Positions 48,660 to 57,914 of a stretch of 64,000 nt of DNA are shown one piece after another. The DNA is from a virus. The notes beneath the pieces are model-generated. The model saw nothing but the letters and a program-made list of their open reading frames with translations, ran no database searches and was not told the DNA's origin. Each line of letters opens with the position of its first letter. Positions within the stretch are counted from its first letter, which is position 1. The position numbers and the translations under genes are program-made. The stretch is taken from IMG/VR virus record IMGVR_UViG_3300023184_000079, positions 1 to 64,000 of that record. One strand, 5' to 3'.

Positions 48660-49208
48660 TTACATCCCGACGGCAGCCTGAGCCGCATCGATCTTTTCTT
48701 CGTACCACTTGTGGTACTTGTCGTCAAAAGTTCCCTCGTCGTCAATCACAGGGTAGTCGCTTAGAGAGATGTCGCAATGAATCTTGATCTCTCCGTTCCG
48801 GATCACCTCGCCGCCGCAGAAGCCGCAGCCTTCTTCGATGTATGCCTGCCGAAACGTAAGGTTAGGATACATTTGACTAATGCTTACGAGAGCCTCGGTC
48901 ATGGGCGACCACGCCGTAAGGTAGAAGAAGTTGGCGGACAAGGGGTTAGAGGACTCCAACAGTTGCACGTCGTAATCGCCCCACTTGGTGCCCCACAGAC
49001 GAAGCGCCGTGTCGTAGCCTGTGTCGGAGAACACGGTCATGGTGCCGTCGTCGATGGTCTTGTGAGCGTCCTTGGGTAGCGGCAGAAGGGTACGGCAAAT
49101 CTGGTACTCCTCGTCGTGGGTCGTCGGCACAGACACGGCATCCATGAAACTCTTTACGTCCTCTGCCGTGCCGTCCACCTGCAAATAGTTTGTGCAATGA
49201 TTAGGCAT
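48660..49208 (-). CDS. DUF1281/YubB ferredoxin-like domain protein
   Basis: MPNHC.N.L...WGTKW...TAWSP...EEG.GFCG. Confidence 0.7.
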   Translation of the reverse strand: MPNHCTNYLQVDGTAEDVKSFMDAVSVPTTHDEEYQICRTLLPLPKDAHKTIDDGTMTVFSDTGYDTALRLWGTKWGDYDVQLLESSNPLSANFFYLTAWSPMTEALVSISQMYPNLTFRQAYIEEGCGFCGGEVIRNGEIKIHCDISLSDYPVIDDEGTFDDKYHKWYEEKIDAAQAAVGM

Positions 49209-49741
49209 CGCCATCCTCCTTTGGAAACGTCTGTGGAAGGTTCAGTTCCTTTTCCAGATCGCGGATTGCCTGCACCGCTTCGGGTGCCGCGCCAGCCGCG
49301 TTTTCGGGCAAACGCTTTTTCAGGCTTGCGTAGAGATTTCGCAGAATATACTCCTGCGCTTTTTTGGTCTGCATACTCATGCTTTCTCCACTTCGTGAAT
49401 AGGACAGGACTCGCTGTCATGCTGAAGCGAAAACTGCAATGTATCGTCATGGTCCATAACGTGGACCATAATCCATCCAGTACAGTCAAGGCGAGGGCGA
49501 ACCGTCACCTGCTTTTCGCTGTAGTCAATGAAAAACTTTTCACTGACTGCGTTCTCGTGAATCTGCATACTCATACTTTCTCCACTTCGATGTCATGAGA
49601 TATGGCAGCAACATCCCAGCCGTAGTGGTCCTTGAGATAAACGTTCGCCTTGGCGATGATCTGTCCCTCGTCCATGTCCTCGGTGTCAGTCACGAAGGTG
49701 CGTAGGACGAGGTTGGAAGCGATAAACAGGACGCTGTGCAT
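49201..49741 (-). CDS. Three coupled small genes (49571-49741, 49377-49574, 49201-49380)
   Basis: 56, 65 and 59 aa; ATGA overlaps; AGGAG SD at 49741; two are below the ORF-track cutoff. Confidence 0.5.
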
Positions 49742-49819
49742 ATAGTCTCCTTTTGTTAGTTGGCGTAGACGGTGGTCGCCGTGCCGTTATGATCGACGAT
49801 GATCCAGCCGCAGCCGCCG

Positions 49820-50068
49820 TCAGTCTCGGAAGCAGCAATCGTCCCAGCGGTCGCCGTGCAAGGCTGCCGTCTCCCGGCACAGATTGCGCTGCGCCTCCCA
49901 TATCTTGCTATCGGCGGCTACGCAGTCGTCGCAACTGCACCAACCTGTCTGGTCCCCTCTGCCACCGTTCTGCAGCCCTCCCTCCTCGCAGCGGTCGATC
50001 TCTGCCGCGAGGATTGCCGCGTCAACATTCTGTTGGGCCTTGCTGATCTTGCTGATGTCGTTGCTCAT
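49820..50068 (-). CDS. Hypothetical early protein (leaderless)
   Basis: ATG 6 nt after TAGTCT. Confidence 0.65.
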   Translation of the reverse strand: MSNDISKISKAQQNVDAAILAAEIDRCEEGGLQNGGRGDQTGWCSCDDCVAADSKIWEAQRNLCRETAALHGDRWDDCCFRD

Positions 50069-50120
50069 GTCAGTAGACTACTACCTTTCGGGTCAGATGT
50101 CAAGTTGAGATTGTGTTTAG
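50069..50120 (-). promoter_or_regulatory. Early promoter repeat copy
   Basis: CTAAACACAATCTCAAC-TTGACA-17-TAGTCT-6-ATG. Confidence 0.85.
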
Positions 50121-50142
50121 TGATTTTTGCAGTTTTTTGGAT

Positions 50143-51063
50143 TTACTGCTTTTCGATTTTCTTCTGAGCCTTGGCCTTGGCTTCGGCGGCGACGGCTTCA
50201 GGCGTGGTCCCAATCTTCTGAGCGATTGCCGACACAACCCAAGCCTCGTTTTCGACGGTCCACGCCCGATCCGTCAGGGCGTAGTCCGAATCCCAAGCGT
50301 GAGCATCGCTGACCTCGCGGAGCCAAGTCTTGGCCTGAGCCAGCGTCGTGATCTGCTCCTTGCGGGTGTACTCTCCGCGCTCCGTCATCTGAGGAGCGCC
50401 GTGCAGCGTAGTGGTCGAACCATCGGGCAGGAGCGCCTTTTCCAACTTCTTGGCGAGCCGCTCTGCCTTGCAGCGGGCGGCCTCTTCGCGCGCCGCGATC
50501 TTTGCGACCGGCAAACCATCCGTCCACTCGGTCGGGGCCGACGGGTAGCAGACGGAGCAAAGCACCTTGCCCCAGTCAGCGACGGCCTCTGCCTCAGTCC
50601 TGTCGCTGAGGTGGGTGAGCCACTGGTAGTCGGTCGTGTCGTAACACGTCGAGCAGTGCATCGACTCGTGGATGTGGCCGTTGGTGTTCGTGACAAAAAA
50701 GTAGCGCGACCACCTCCATTCGTACCACACTATGTGCAGTTCAGTCTGTTCTGCGCGGAGGGCGCTCATTTCGTCTGCCATGACGCGGTACTTGGCGGCG
50801 GCACTCTGCCGCCAAGAATCGGCAGACGATTCGCAGGTTGCGACGGCCTCGGCGAACGTCATCTGCCATTGGCGCTCGGGGCGTCGGCCATACGTGTCGG
50901 TACGCTCGGGCGCGACTTTCTTGTCCCCGGCGCAATCGTGGATCTGGTCGGCCTGCCAACCCATCGTCTGGGTGAGCCGGTACTGCATCTCTGCAAGTTC
51001 TGCGAGTCGCGTGTCGATTTCTACGATGCGCTCGCGAGTCGGTTTTGTGGTGAGTGTGCTCAT
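50143..51063 (-). CDS. Hypothetical early protein (WSRYF...GHIH...CSTC motif; leaderless)
   Basis: 306 aa, metal-binding motif. Confidence 0.7.
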   Translation of the reverse strand: MSTLTTKPTRERIVEIDTRLAELAEMQYRLTQTMGWQADQIHDCAGDKKVAPERTDTYGRRPERQWQMTFAEAVATCESSADSWRQSAAAKYRVMADEMSALRAEQTELHIVWYEWRWSRYFFVTNTNGHIHESMHCSTCYDTTDYQWLTHLSDRTEAEAVADWGKVLCSVCYPSAPTEWTDGLPVAKIAAREEAARCKAERLAKKLEKALLPDGSTTTLHGAPQMTERGEYTRKEQITTLAQAKTWLREVSDAHAWDSDYALTDRAWTVENEAWVVSAIAQKIGTTPEAVAAEAKAKAQKKIEKQ

Positions 51064-51115
51064 GTCTAAAGACTACTACCTTTCGGGTCGGATGTCAAGT
51101 TGAGATTGTGTTTAG
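51064..51115 (-). promoter_or_regulatory. Early promoter repeat copy
   Basis: TTGACA-TCCGACCCGAAAGGTAG-TAGTCT-6-ATG. Confidence 0.85.
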
Positions 51116-51253
51116 TGATTTTTGCAGTTTTTCGGCGGTAGTGATTTATTGCTTTTTTCTTGCTGGCGAACCAACGTTCGCTTATCACTTCGCCGCCGCC
51201 GTCGCACAGGCGCACGACGTAAACGTCGTCAATGCGTAACACCTGATACACCC

Positions 51254-52054
51254 TCACCCCACCATCGTCATGGGGTGAGGGACCGGCACGGTGTTGGGCT
51301 TGCGAATCGCCTCAATCGCAGCAAGGGTCGCTTGCGCCTCCTCCGTCCACGCCTTCTGCGCCGCCGTAACCCTCTCCGGGGCGTCAGCGGTGATGCGGAA
51401 CAGATCGCCGCCAACAGCCACGCCGTTGGTGGTGCCCACCATGATGCGGGGATTCTTGCGCCACACCGGTAGCGTCCAGCCCGTGTTCGGCAGCGTCAGG
51501 CTGCCCACGGTGTCGTGCAGACCCTCGTTCTTGCGAGCCTCCACCTCCCACGGCAGGCTTTCGTACCGCGCGTGAGCAGCGCCGGAACGCTGCGTGCTCT
51601 TGGCACGGCTGTCGCGGAGCGCCGTCTGGTACTTCTTGTGGAACAGGGGGTCTCGCTCCGCCTGCGCCGCGTGGGTCAACTCATGCCACAGGACGCGGGA
51701 CGCCTGATCGTCGGTCAGCCGCGCGCTGACGGTGATGTAGTGATAGGTCGTGACAGGCTCGGCAGCCGCGTTCAGTTGGCATCCCAACCTCGTACCCTTG
51801 TACGCACCCAGCAGGCGCACGCCCTTGGAGCGGCGGACGTAGACCGGGCGAACAAGACCGAAGTGCTTGACGGCAGCGGCGAGCATGTCGTCGTCCAAGC
51901 GCCACGGGGCGCTGTTGCCAGACTTCGCGCGCTGGCGGTTGTCGCGGCAGTCGGGGCACTTGGTGACGGGCCGACCGCGCTTGCCGGTCAACTGAATCAC
52001 GTTAGTGCAGCCGTCGGTCGCGCAGGTCTTGGTGGTGTCGGTGGTGGTGTTCAT
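51254..52054 (-). CDS. HExxH metallopeptidase-like early protein with N-terminal zinc ribbon (leaderless)
   Basis: VLWHELTHAAQ...PWEVEAR; start MNTTTD 7 nt after the -10 box. Confidence 0.65.
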   Translation of the reverse strand: MNTTTDTTKTCATDGCTNVIQLTGKRGRPVTKCPDCRDNRQRAKSGNSAPWRLDDDMLAAAVKHFGLVRPVYVRRSKGVRLLGAYKGTRLGCQLNAAAEPVTTYHYITVSARLTDDQASRVLWHELTHAAQAERDPLFHKKYQTALRDSRAKSTQRSGAAHARYESLPWEVEARKNEGLHDTVGSLTLPNTGWTLPVWRKNPRIMVGTTNGVAVGGDLFRITADAPERVTAAQKAWTEEAQATLAAIEAIRKPNTVPVPHPMTMVG

Positions 52055-52114
52055 AAAAGTGATCTTACTACCTTTCGGTCGGGATGTCAAGGGGATTTGT
52101 GTTACGATTGCGTT
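52055..52114 (-). promoter_or_regulatory. Early promoter repeat copy
   Basis: TTGACA-17-TAAGAT-7-ATG. Confidence 0.8.
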
Positions 52115-52409
52115 TGGCTACAGTCGCAATGACATCGCGCATCGTGTCGGCGGAAGCGATCAGAGTACCATCGGACCACGCCTCCCAGCCGTAGTGCTCG
52201 CAGGAGCCGCGACCCGCCGAATAACCGGGCCACGTCGTCTTGTAAACGACGACGGGCAGCAGGTCCGCCTTGGGCACGTAGGCGATGCGCGACGAAAGAC
52301 TGCCCAGCATAGTCTCCTTCTTTCCGGGGTAAGCCTGAGCCACCCCCCATTCGGCCTGCTTCCACGCCTTCCGGTCGGAGAGGTCAGTAGTGATGGTGTC
52401 GTTGTTCAT
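52068..52409 (-). CDS. Hypothetical early protein (leaderless)
   Basis: Runs into the next promoter repeat. Confidence 0.6.
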   Translation of the reverse strand: MNNDTITTDLSDRKAWKQAEWGVAQAYPGKKETMLGSLSSRIAYVPKADLLPVVVYKTTWPGYSAGRGSCEHYGWEAWSDGTLIASADTMRDVIATVAKRNRNTNPLDIPTER

Positions 52410-52469
52410 GTCTACAGACTACATTCTTTCGGGTTGAATGTCAAGGGGATTTGTGTTACGATTGCGTTT
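52410..52469 (-). promoter_or_regulatory. Early promoter repeat copy
   Basis: TTGACA-17-TAGTCT-6-ATG. Confidence 0.8.
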
Positions 52470-52794
52470 ACCGCGCCGGAGCCGCGCAGAAGCGGCCCGT
52501 GGTCCGGCAGCGCCAGCAGACGCGCTTGCCACAGCCGCAGGTGCAGAGGGTGCCGGAGCGGTCGTAGACAGCGGCGCAGCCGCCGACGACGTGCGCGCCT
52601 TGCTCGCGCATGGCATGGCCGATGCGCTTGATGGCCGTCTTACGGTCTAGCGCAGCGAGAGCCTGCACGTCCGCCGTGGGGCGGCGCTTGACCGGGCTAG
52701 CCGTGTGGATACGGAAGGTCGTCGGGTCTGCTGCCAACGCAAGTGCGCGGTGGGAGAAGCCGGAGCCGGGGCGGTTGGTGTTCTTGATCTTCAT
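52468..52794 (-). CDS. Hypothetical Cys-rich early protein (leaderless)
   Basis: ATG 6 nt after TAGTCT. Confidence 0.55.
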   Translation of the reverse strand: MKIKNTNRPGSGFSHRALALAADPTTFRIHTASPVKRRPTADVQALAALDRKTAIKRIGHAMREQGAHVVGGCAAVYDRSGTLCTCGCGKRVCWRCRTTGRFCAAPAR

Positions 52795-52829
52795 ACTTAG
52801 AGACTACTACATTTTGGGTCAGATGTCAA
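52795..52829 (-). promoter_or_regulatory. Early promoter repeat copy
   Basis: TTGACA-17-TAGTCT-6-ATG. Confidence 0.8.
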
Positions 52830-52853
52830 GAGGTCATAACATAAACTCAACAC

Positions 52854-52882
52854 TTGACAAATGCCCGATTCTTTGCTACAGT
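52854..52882 (+). promoter_or_regulatory. Divergent plus-strand promoter
   Basis: TTGACA-17-TACAGT with extended TG. Confidence 0.6.
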
Positions 52883-52929
52883 GTGTATAATGAAGAGAGT
52901 GCGCCTAAAAAAGTCGATTTATACAAACT

Positions 52930-52964
52930 AAAAAAAAAAGAAGGGCGGAGCCGAAGCCCCGCCC
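52930..52964 (-). terminator. Intrinsic terminator
   Basis: GGGCGGGGC-TTCG-GCTCCGCCC plus long T tract. Confidence 0.85.
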
Positions 52965-52977
52965 CTCCGTCCAATCG

Positions 52978-53490
52978 TTACACCCGGTTCGCGCACACCG
53001 GGCCGATGCCCCGGTCAATGGACTCGGGATCGGTCAGAGTGCGACCGCAGATCGCGCAGACCCCGAAGCGGGCACCAAACTCCTGCGCCTGCTGCATCGT
53101 GATGCGGTTAGCCAGCGACAGGAGTCGCACGGCACCGGGCGCGTACTCCCATCCCAACACATCAGTGCGTAAGACCTTGGCATACAGATTGCCGCTCGTG
53201 CGCGACCTCTGCACCTTGTACACGGCCTCCTCTCTCATGTAGCAGCCCTCCGCCAGCGGCTCCACAGCGGGAGCAGCGGCACGGGCCTCGCGGCGCACCG
53301 CCGCCAGACCAGCCTTGAGGAGGTCAATGGTGTTGGGCGGAAAAGCCACCGTCCACACCGTGGCGGCAGCCTCCAGCGTCGTCGTGATGTCGGCCTCGTC
53401 TGTCCCAAGGATGGTCAGGTGCTCGCGCAGAAGGTCGCTGGCAAACTTGACCTGCGCGGGAGAGGCGGGGCGGGTGCGGGTGTTGTTCAT
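52978..53490 (-). CDS. DUF6011-like zinc-finger protein (leaderless)
   Basis: CAICGRTLTDPESIDRGIGPVCA. Confidence 0.75.
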   Translation of the reverse strand: MNNTRTRPASPAQVKFASDLLREHLTILGTDEADITTTLEAAATVWTVAFPPNTIDLLKAGLAAVRREARAAAPAVEPLAEGCYMREEAVYKVQRSRTSGNLYAKVLRTDVLGWEYAPGAVRLLSLANRITMQQAQEFGARFGVCAICGRTLTDPESIDRGIGPVCANRV

Positions 53491-53551
53491 GTCTGTAGAC
53501 TATCTACTCTCTGTGAGAATGTCAAGGTGATTCATGTTAGGATTGTGTTTA
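53491..53551 (-). promoter_or_regulatory. Early promoter repeat copy
   Basis: TTGACA-17-TAGTCT-6-ATG. Confidence 0.8.
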
Positions 53552-53593
53552 CTCTGCTAGGGCGGCGGAGCCGCCCCGCGCGGGGGGTCAGGG

Positions 53594-54566
53594 TCAGGCG
53601 ACCCTTGCGACCGCCCAGACGTACTCCGCAGCCTCGTCTCGCGTCCAGCCCCGAGCGGCGTACTCCGGGGCGAAGCGGTCGTCGTCGTCTAGCCCGTCGA
53701 TCTGCCACAGGCTGTCCGCCAGAGTCAGCCCCGACAAGCCAGCCGTGTCCTCGTCGTGACAGACCGCGAGGGTGGCGGAGTCGTACCAGCCGTTTTGCGA
53801 CACGCCGGGGCAACCGGACAGCGCCTGCAGGGCAGAGATGAGGCTGCCGCCGAACAGGAAGTCTGCGACCTCCTGAGCCGTGACGGCAAAGCCGGTGATC
53901 TTAGACTGACAGGCGGTGCCGACGTAGTGGGCCACGTCGGCAGGCTGCATATACTTGCTCATGCTGTCTGCTCCTTGGTTGCGTAAGCGATTGCGGCAAG
54001 TGCCGCACGCTTGGTATCAAACACATCGCTTAGTCCGTAGCCGACTGCTCGGTCGCCGGTCGTGGTGTCCAAGATGTACCAGTCAAAACGCTCCACGTCG
54101 TGCCACGAGTGACAGCCTCGTCCGCTGATCTTGCCTGCGACGATCCGGTTGCCGTCAATGTTGGTTAGCCAGCGGAATCGGCGCTCGTTGCGATGTAGTG
54201 TCTCGCACTTCTCGTGTTCGCATGGGGTAGACCACTCGTTGCGATCAGGGACGTATCGGTTTGTGGTGGTGGTTATGCTCATGCCGTCACCTCCACCGCA
54301 ACCCAGATGCCGTCGGAGCGGTAGGTGAAGGTCTGCCCGTCGTGGAAGGCGGCGATGCGGCTGCGAATGCCGCGCAGGCGCTTCACTTCGGCGGCGACGT
54401 AGGCGCGAGGGGTCAGGTAGCGGTAGCCGTCGAAGATCTCGTTGTCGTCGCGGTGGCGGAAGGCGTAGGCAATATGAGCCTCGCTGATCTCCGCGTACAT
54501 GGCGTCAGTCTCCGCGTCCGCCGCGTTGTAGGTGATGGTGTTGTTGTCGTTCATGCGATTGCTCAT
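53594..54566 (-). CDS. Three coupled early genes (54279-54566, 53959-54282, 53594-53962)
   Basis: ATGA overlaps; the first is leaderless. Confidence 0.6.
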
Positions 54567-54615
54567 GTCTAAAGACTACTACCTTTCGGGTCGGATGTCA
54601 AGTTAAGATTGTGTT
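54567..54615 (-). promoter_or_regulatory. Early promoter repeat copy
   Basis: TTGACA-TCCGACCCGAAAGGTAG-TAGTCT-6-ATG. Confidence 0.85.
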
Positions 54616-55180
54616 GGGCGGTAGTGATCGTCTTGGCACTCTTCGCACCACTGCTCCGGTGCTGCCATCCACGAGACGGCATTGGCCTGCGTCTCAAACT
54701 GCATGATCGTGCTGTGCTGCTCGCAGATCAGAGTCCACGGCAGGTCGGGGTCGCAAGCCTGTTCGGCGCTGCTGACCAGCACGACGAGCGTGCCCGTGCT
54801 GCGCGCGAAAGAGGCGCGGCGGAAGCCGCAGTAGGTGCGAGCCTCCGCAATCGCCTGCTGACGGGCAGTCACGCCCCCACCTCCCAAGCACCGTCGCGGC
54901 TGGCATTGGCGACGACGTACAGGATCGCGATGACCTCCGCCGGAGTCATGTCGGGAACGTACGCGGAGATCACATCGGCGCACCATTCGTTGCCGTCGTT
55001 GTCGTTGCCCTCGCCCCAGCCGAAGAGGGCGGCGCGGGACACGAGGCTACGGAACCGCATCGGCATGCGGTAGACGTAGCCGTCAATCTTGTTGCCAGAC
55101 GGCTGCCCTTCGACCATGCGGTCGGGGTCGCAGTCAATCAGGTGGTCAGGGTTCACGGTGTCGTACATGTCTTTGTTCAT
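54603..55180 (-). CDS. Two coupled early genes (54869-55180, 54603-54872)
   Basis: GTGA overlap with GGAGG SD. Confidence 0.6.
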
Positions 55181-55241
55181 GTCTGTAGACTACTACCTTT
55201 CGAGTCAGATGTCAAGGGGATTTGTGTTATTTTTGTGTTTA
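55181..55241 (-). promoter_or_regulatory. Early promoter repeat copy
   Basis: TTGACA-17-TAGTCT-6-ATG. Confidence 0.85.
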
Positions 55242-55284
55242 CTCTACTTGGGCGGCGGAGCCGCCCCGCGCGCGGGGTCAGGCC

Positions 55285-55897
55285 CTAGAGATGTCGAACG
55301 CTTGGCTCGGCGTGGTTGATCGTCACGAGATCCGTACCCGTCACGATATGCACGGAGTTGAACCTGCCGCGAGCGTTGATTTTGATATGGTTGTTTTGCT
55401 CGCGCTCGCGGTAGTAGAAACTGCGGCCATCCTGCCCCATGTACTGCCACGGCAGATGCGCTTTGGCAGGCGCGCGTGTGAGGTAGGCGGTGAGGGGCGC
55501 GAAGTCGTGCTGCGGGTCGTAGTTCATGGTGTCCTTCGGGTCGTATTCCATTTTACTGGCAGTCGCCGCAGAGGGTCTGGGCGCCAGTCCACGCGAGGTT
55601 GTCGGTGTCGCCACAGTCGTCGCAGCAGCCGCTGCGAGGAGCCATCAGGCCAGCCGAAGGAGCAGCCGGAGTCGTCGTCCACCCATCGGTGAAGTCGAAG
55701 ATGTAGGCGACCTTGCCGTTACCGAGGTCGCGCTGGTCGAACACGTCGCCTAGCGTCACCTGCTTGAGGCCGCCGCTCTTGAGGTGGACGGTGACGTGGC
55801 TGCCAACGCCGAAGCCGTGGCCCTGACCATTCTGGACGCGGACGGCCCAGCCGTCTCCGAATCGGGTAAACGTGCCCTGCGGGTGCTTGGTGCTCAT
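55285..55897 (-). CDS. Two early genes (55553-55897, 55285-55551)
   Basis: The first is leaderless with a C-terminal CxxC...CxxC. Confidence 0.55.
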
Positions 55898-55949
55898 ATT
55901 TAGAGACTACTACCTTCCGGGTCGGATGTCAAGTTAGGATTGTGTTTAG
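55898..55949 (-). promoter_or_regulatory. Early promoter repeat copy
   Basis: CTAAACACAATCCTAAC-TTGACA-17-TAGTCT-6-ATG. Confidence 0.85.
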
Positions 55950-57129
55950 TCACAGCAGCGAAGCGGTGATTCTCGCAAGCGGCGATGAACCGCTCGCGGG
56001 AGAAATGAACGTTGTCACGGGCGTAGGTGGCCGCGATTTCGTCGCGCACCGTCTCCCATTCGGACCGGCTGCTGATGGACCAGCGCAGGCACCGGACCGT
56101 CTCTGCCATGTCCTCGTAATGTCGCCGGGATAGCGACGACATTAGAGGCGCTCCAGCAGCAGGCGGACCTGCGGGTCAACAGCCACAGCGTTGAGCGCAA
56201 TCCAGTCGCTGTCAGACTCCGACAGATCCAGCGTGTAGTCGGAGGCGATGGCGATGCCGCCGAGGTCCGGGTGCTGCTCAACCGTCACAAAGCGAACGCG
56301 GTAGGTGCTGTGGTCAAGCCCGTGGGAGTCGCAGCCGCGACCGACCAACGTCTCCACAGCCGACCGCAGGGCGGCAAACGTGGTGCCGCGATTGGCGACC
56401 TCAGCAATGGCCGTCTGCATACCACGGCTCATCACCTTGGCGGCTTCAGCGTCCTCTAGGGCTTTGTCGCGCTTGCTCTGGCTCTGATGATTGGCGCTCA
56501 CGCCTACACCCCCGTTCCGAAATCGACGTTCTCAAAGCAGGAGGCGCGGTAGGCGACTTCGCCGATCTGGTCGCAGTAGACGCCGAAGACCTCGCCGTGA
56601 ATGAAGGTCTGGGTGTCGCGCTTGAAGGTGCGGCGGACGTTGTAAAGGTCGTTTTCGATGGTGATCTCAACGCGGTAGCCCTTCCCGGCAGGGAGAATGA
56701 ACGTGTCGTCTTGGACGAACCAACGTCCGCCGCTGATGGCGAGAAGGTTGCTCCATCCGATCTGGCGCTCAATCGTGCAGGCTTCTGGCTTCGTCAAAAT
56801 GCTCATGCCGTCACCTCCTCGCTGCACCACTGGCAGACGCACTGGATGTCGGCAGGCACGGTCTGGTCAAGGCGCGCGACAACGGTGGCGGGATCAATGC
56901 CGATGCCGCGCAGCCAGTGCGCCTGATCGTCTCGCTTGAAGGCGAGGCGCGCGGCCAAGTTGATCTCGCGCGTCAGCGCGCCCGAATGCGTGGTGCCGGT
57001 CAGCGTGGCGATCTGGCGCTTGCAGCGGACGAGCCTGCTCACGATGTCGTGGTAGGCAACAACGGCCTGCGCGACGTGGAGGAGATTCTCCGGGGCGATG
57101 GTGATGTTCGTGCTCTCGGTCTGGTTCAT
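55900..57129 (-). CDS. Four coupled early genes (56803-57129, 56504-56806, 56142-56501, 55900-56142)
   Basis: Overlapping or adjacent start/stop codons; the first is leaderless. Confidence 0.6.
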
Positions 57130-57163
57130 AGGCACAGTATACACAACTACGGTCAGATGTCAA
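57130..57163 (-). promoter_or_regulatory. First early promoter of the array
   Basis: TTGACA-16-TATACT-6-ATG. Confidence 0.75.
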
Positions 57164-57498
57164 GCCCCATAGGGCAGATTTTTTCTACATATTTTTCAGA
57201 GGAACGTACGCACACGCATATAGCATGGGGGCGGGGGGTCTGTCAAGTACCAACTGTCAATGCCGCCTAGCATACCCTGAACGACATGTCAAGGACTCTA
57301 ATGCCGAACTGCGGCTGTTCGGGAGAGGGGGGCCGGGTGGGTCCGGGTCCCATCAAAGACTCAGGACGGACGGTTCTGGCGACATAGCATATATACACTT
57401 ACTATGTGGCACTATGGCTGGCTGTAAGGTAGATAGGTGATGGCCGCTCCTAGCATACAGCATAGGCAATGTCAAGTAAGTGAATGAGTAAGTCTTAC

Positions 57499-57527
57499 TT
57501 GACAAACAGGCAGGATTGTGCTATGAT
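57499..57527 (+). promoter_or_regulatory. Plus-strand promoter facing a non-coding region
   Basis: TTGACA-17-TATGAT with extended TG. Confidence 0.65.
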
Positions 57528-57914
57528 ATGGTGGGGGGAGCCACGGGATGGGCATGACGAGCGGGTAAGCGGGTTCGTTTGGGGTAAAGAGGCGCGCACT
57601 TCAGGACAGTTAATAGTAAATATTTGGCTTACCTAAGCGAAATAACAGATGTCAAGTATGGCAAGTTCATTAGGGGGCAAACTCGCTCTTTACTGTCCAA
57701 GTGGTACAAGTTAGTACAGAGTAATCCGCAGTAGGGTGAACAGGTTCAAGGGCAAAGAAAAACCCCCTGAAAGGTGCGAAGCGGGTGGCTGCTGATGTGC
57801 TGGAGGTTCTTCTTCTCCTATACTGGAGAGGTATTACTTCTATTGGTCTGAGGGGGAGGGTTTGGGTTATGGCCGCCTTCGGATCCCCCTATGGTTCTTC
57901 GCCGCCTTGTATGG

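Noticed and set aside
42560-53841. Long plus-strand ORFs (e.g. 42560-43312, 50113-51069, 51515-52132, 52610-53242)
   Set aside because: These are antisense shadows of GC-rich minus-strand genes, with no motifs or initiation signals.
50069-57163. CRISPR array
   Set aside because: The repeats are separated by gene-length coding segments (0.3-1.2 kb) and match promoter architecture; no cas genes.
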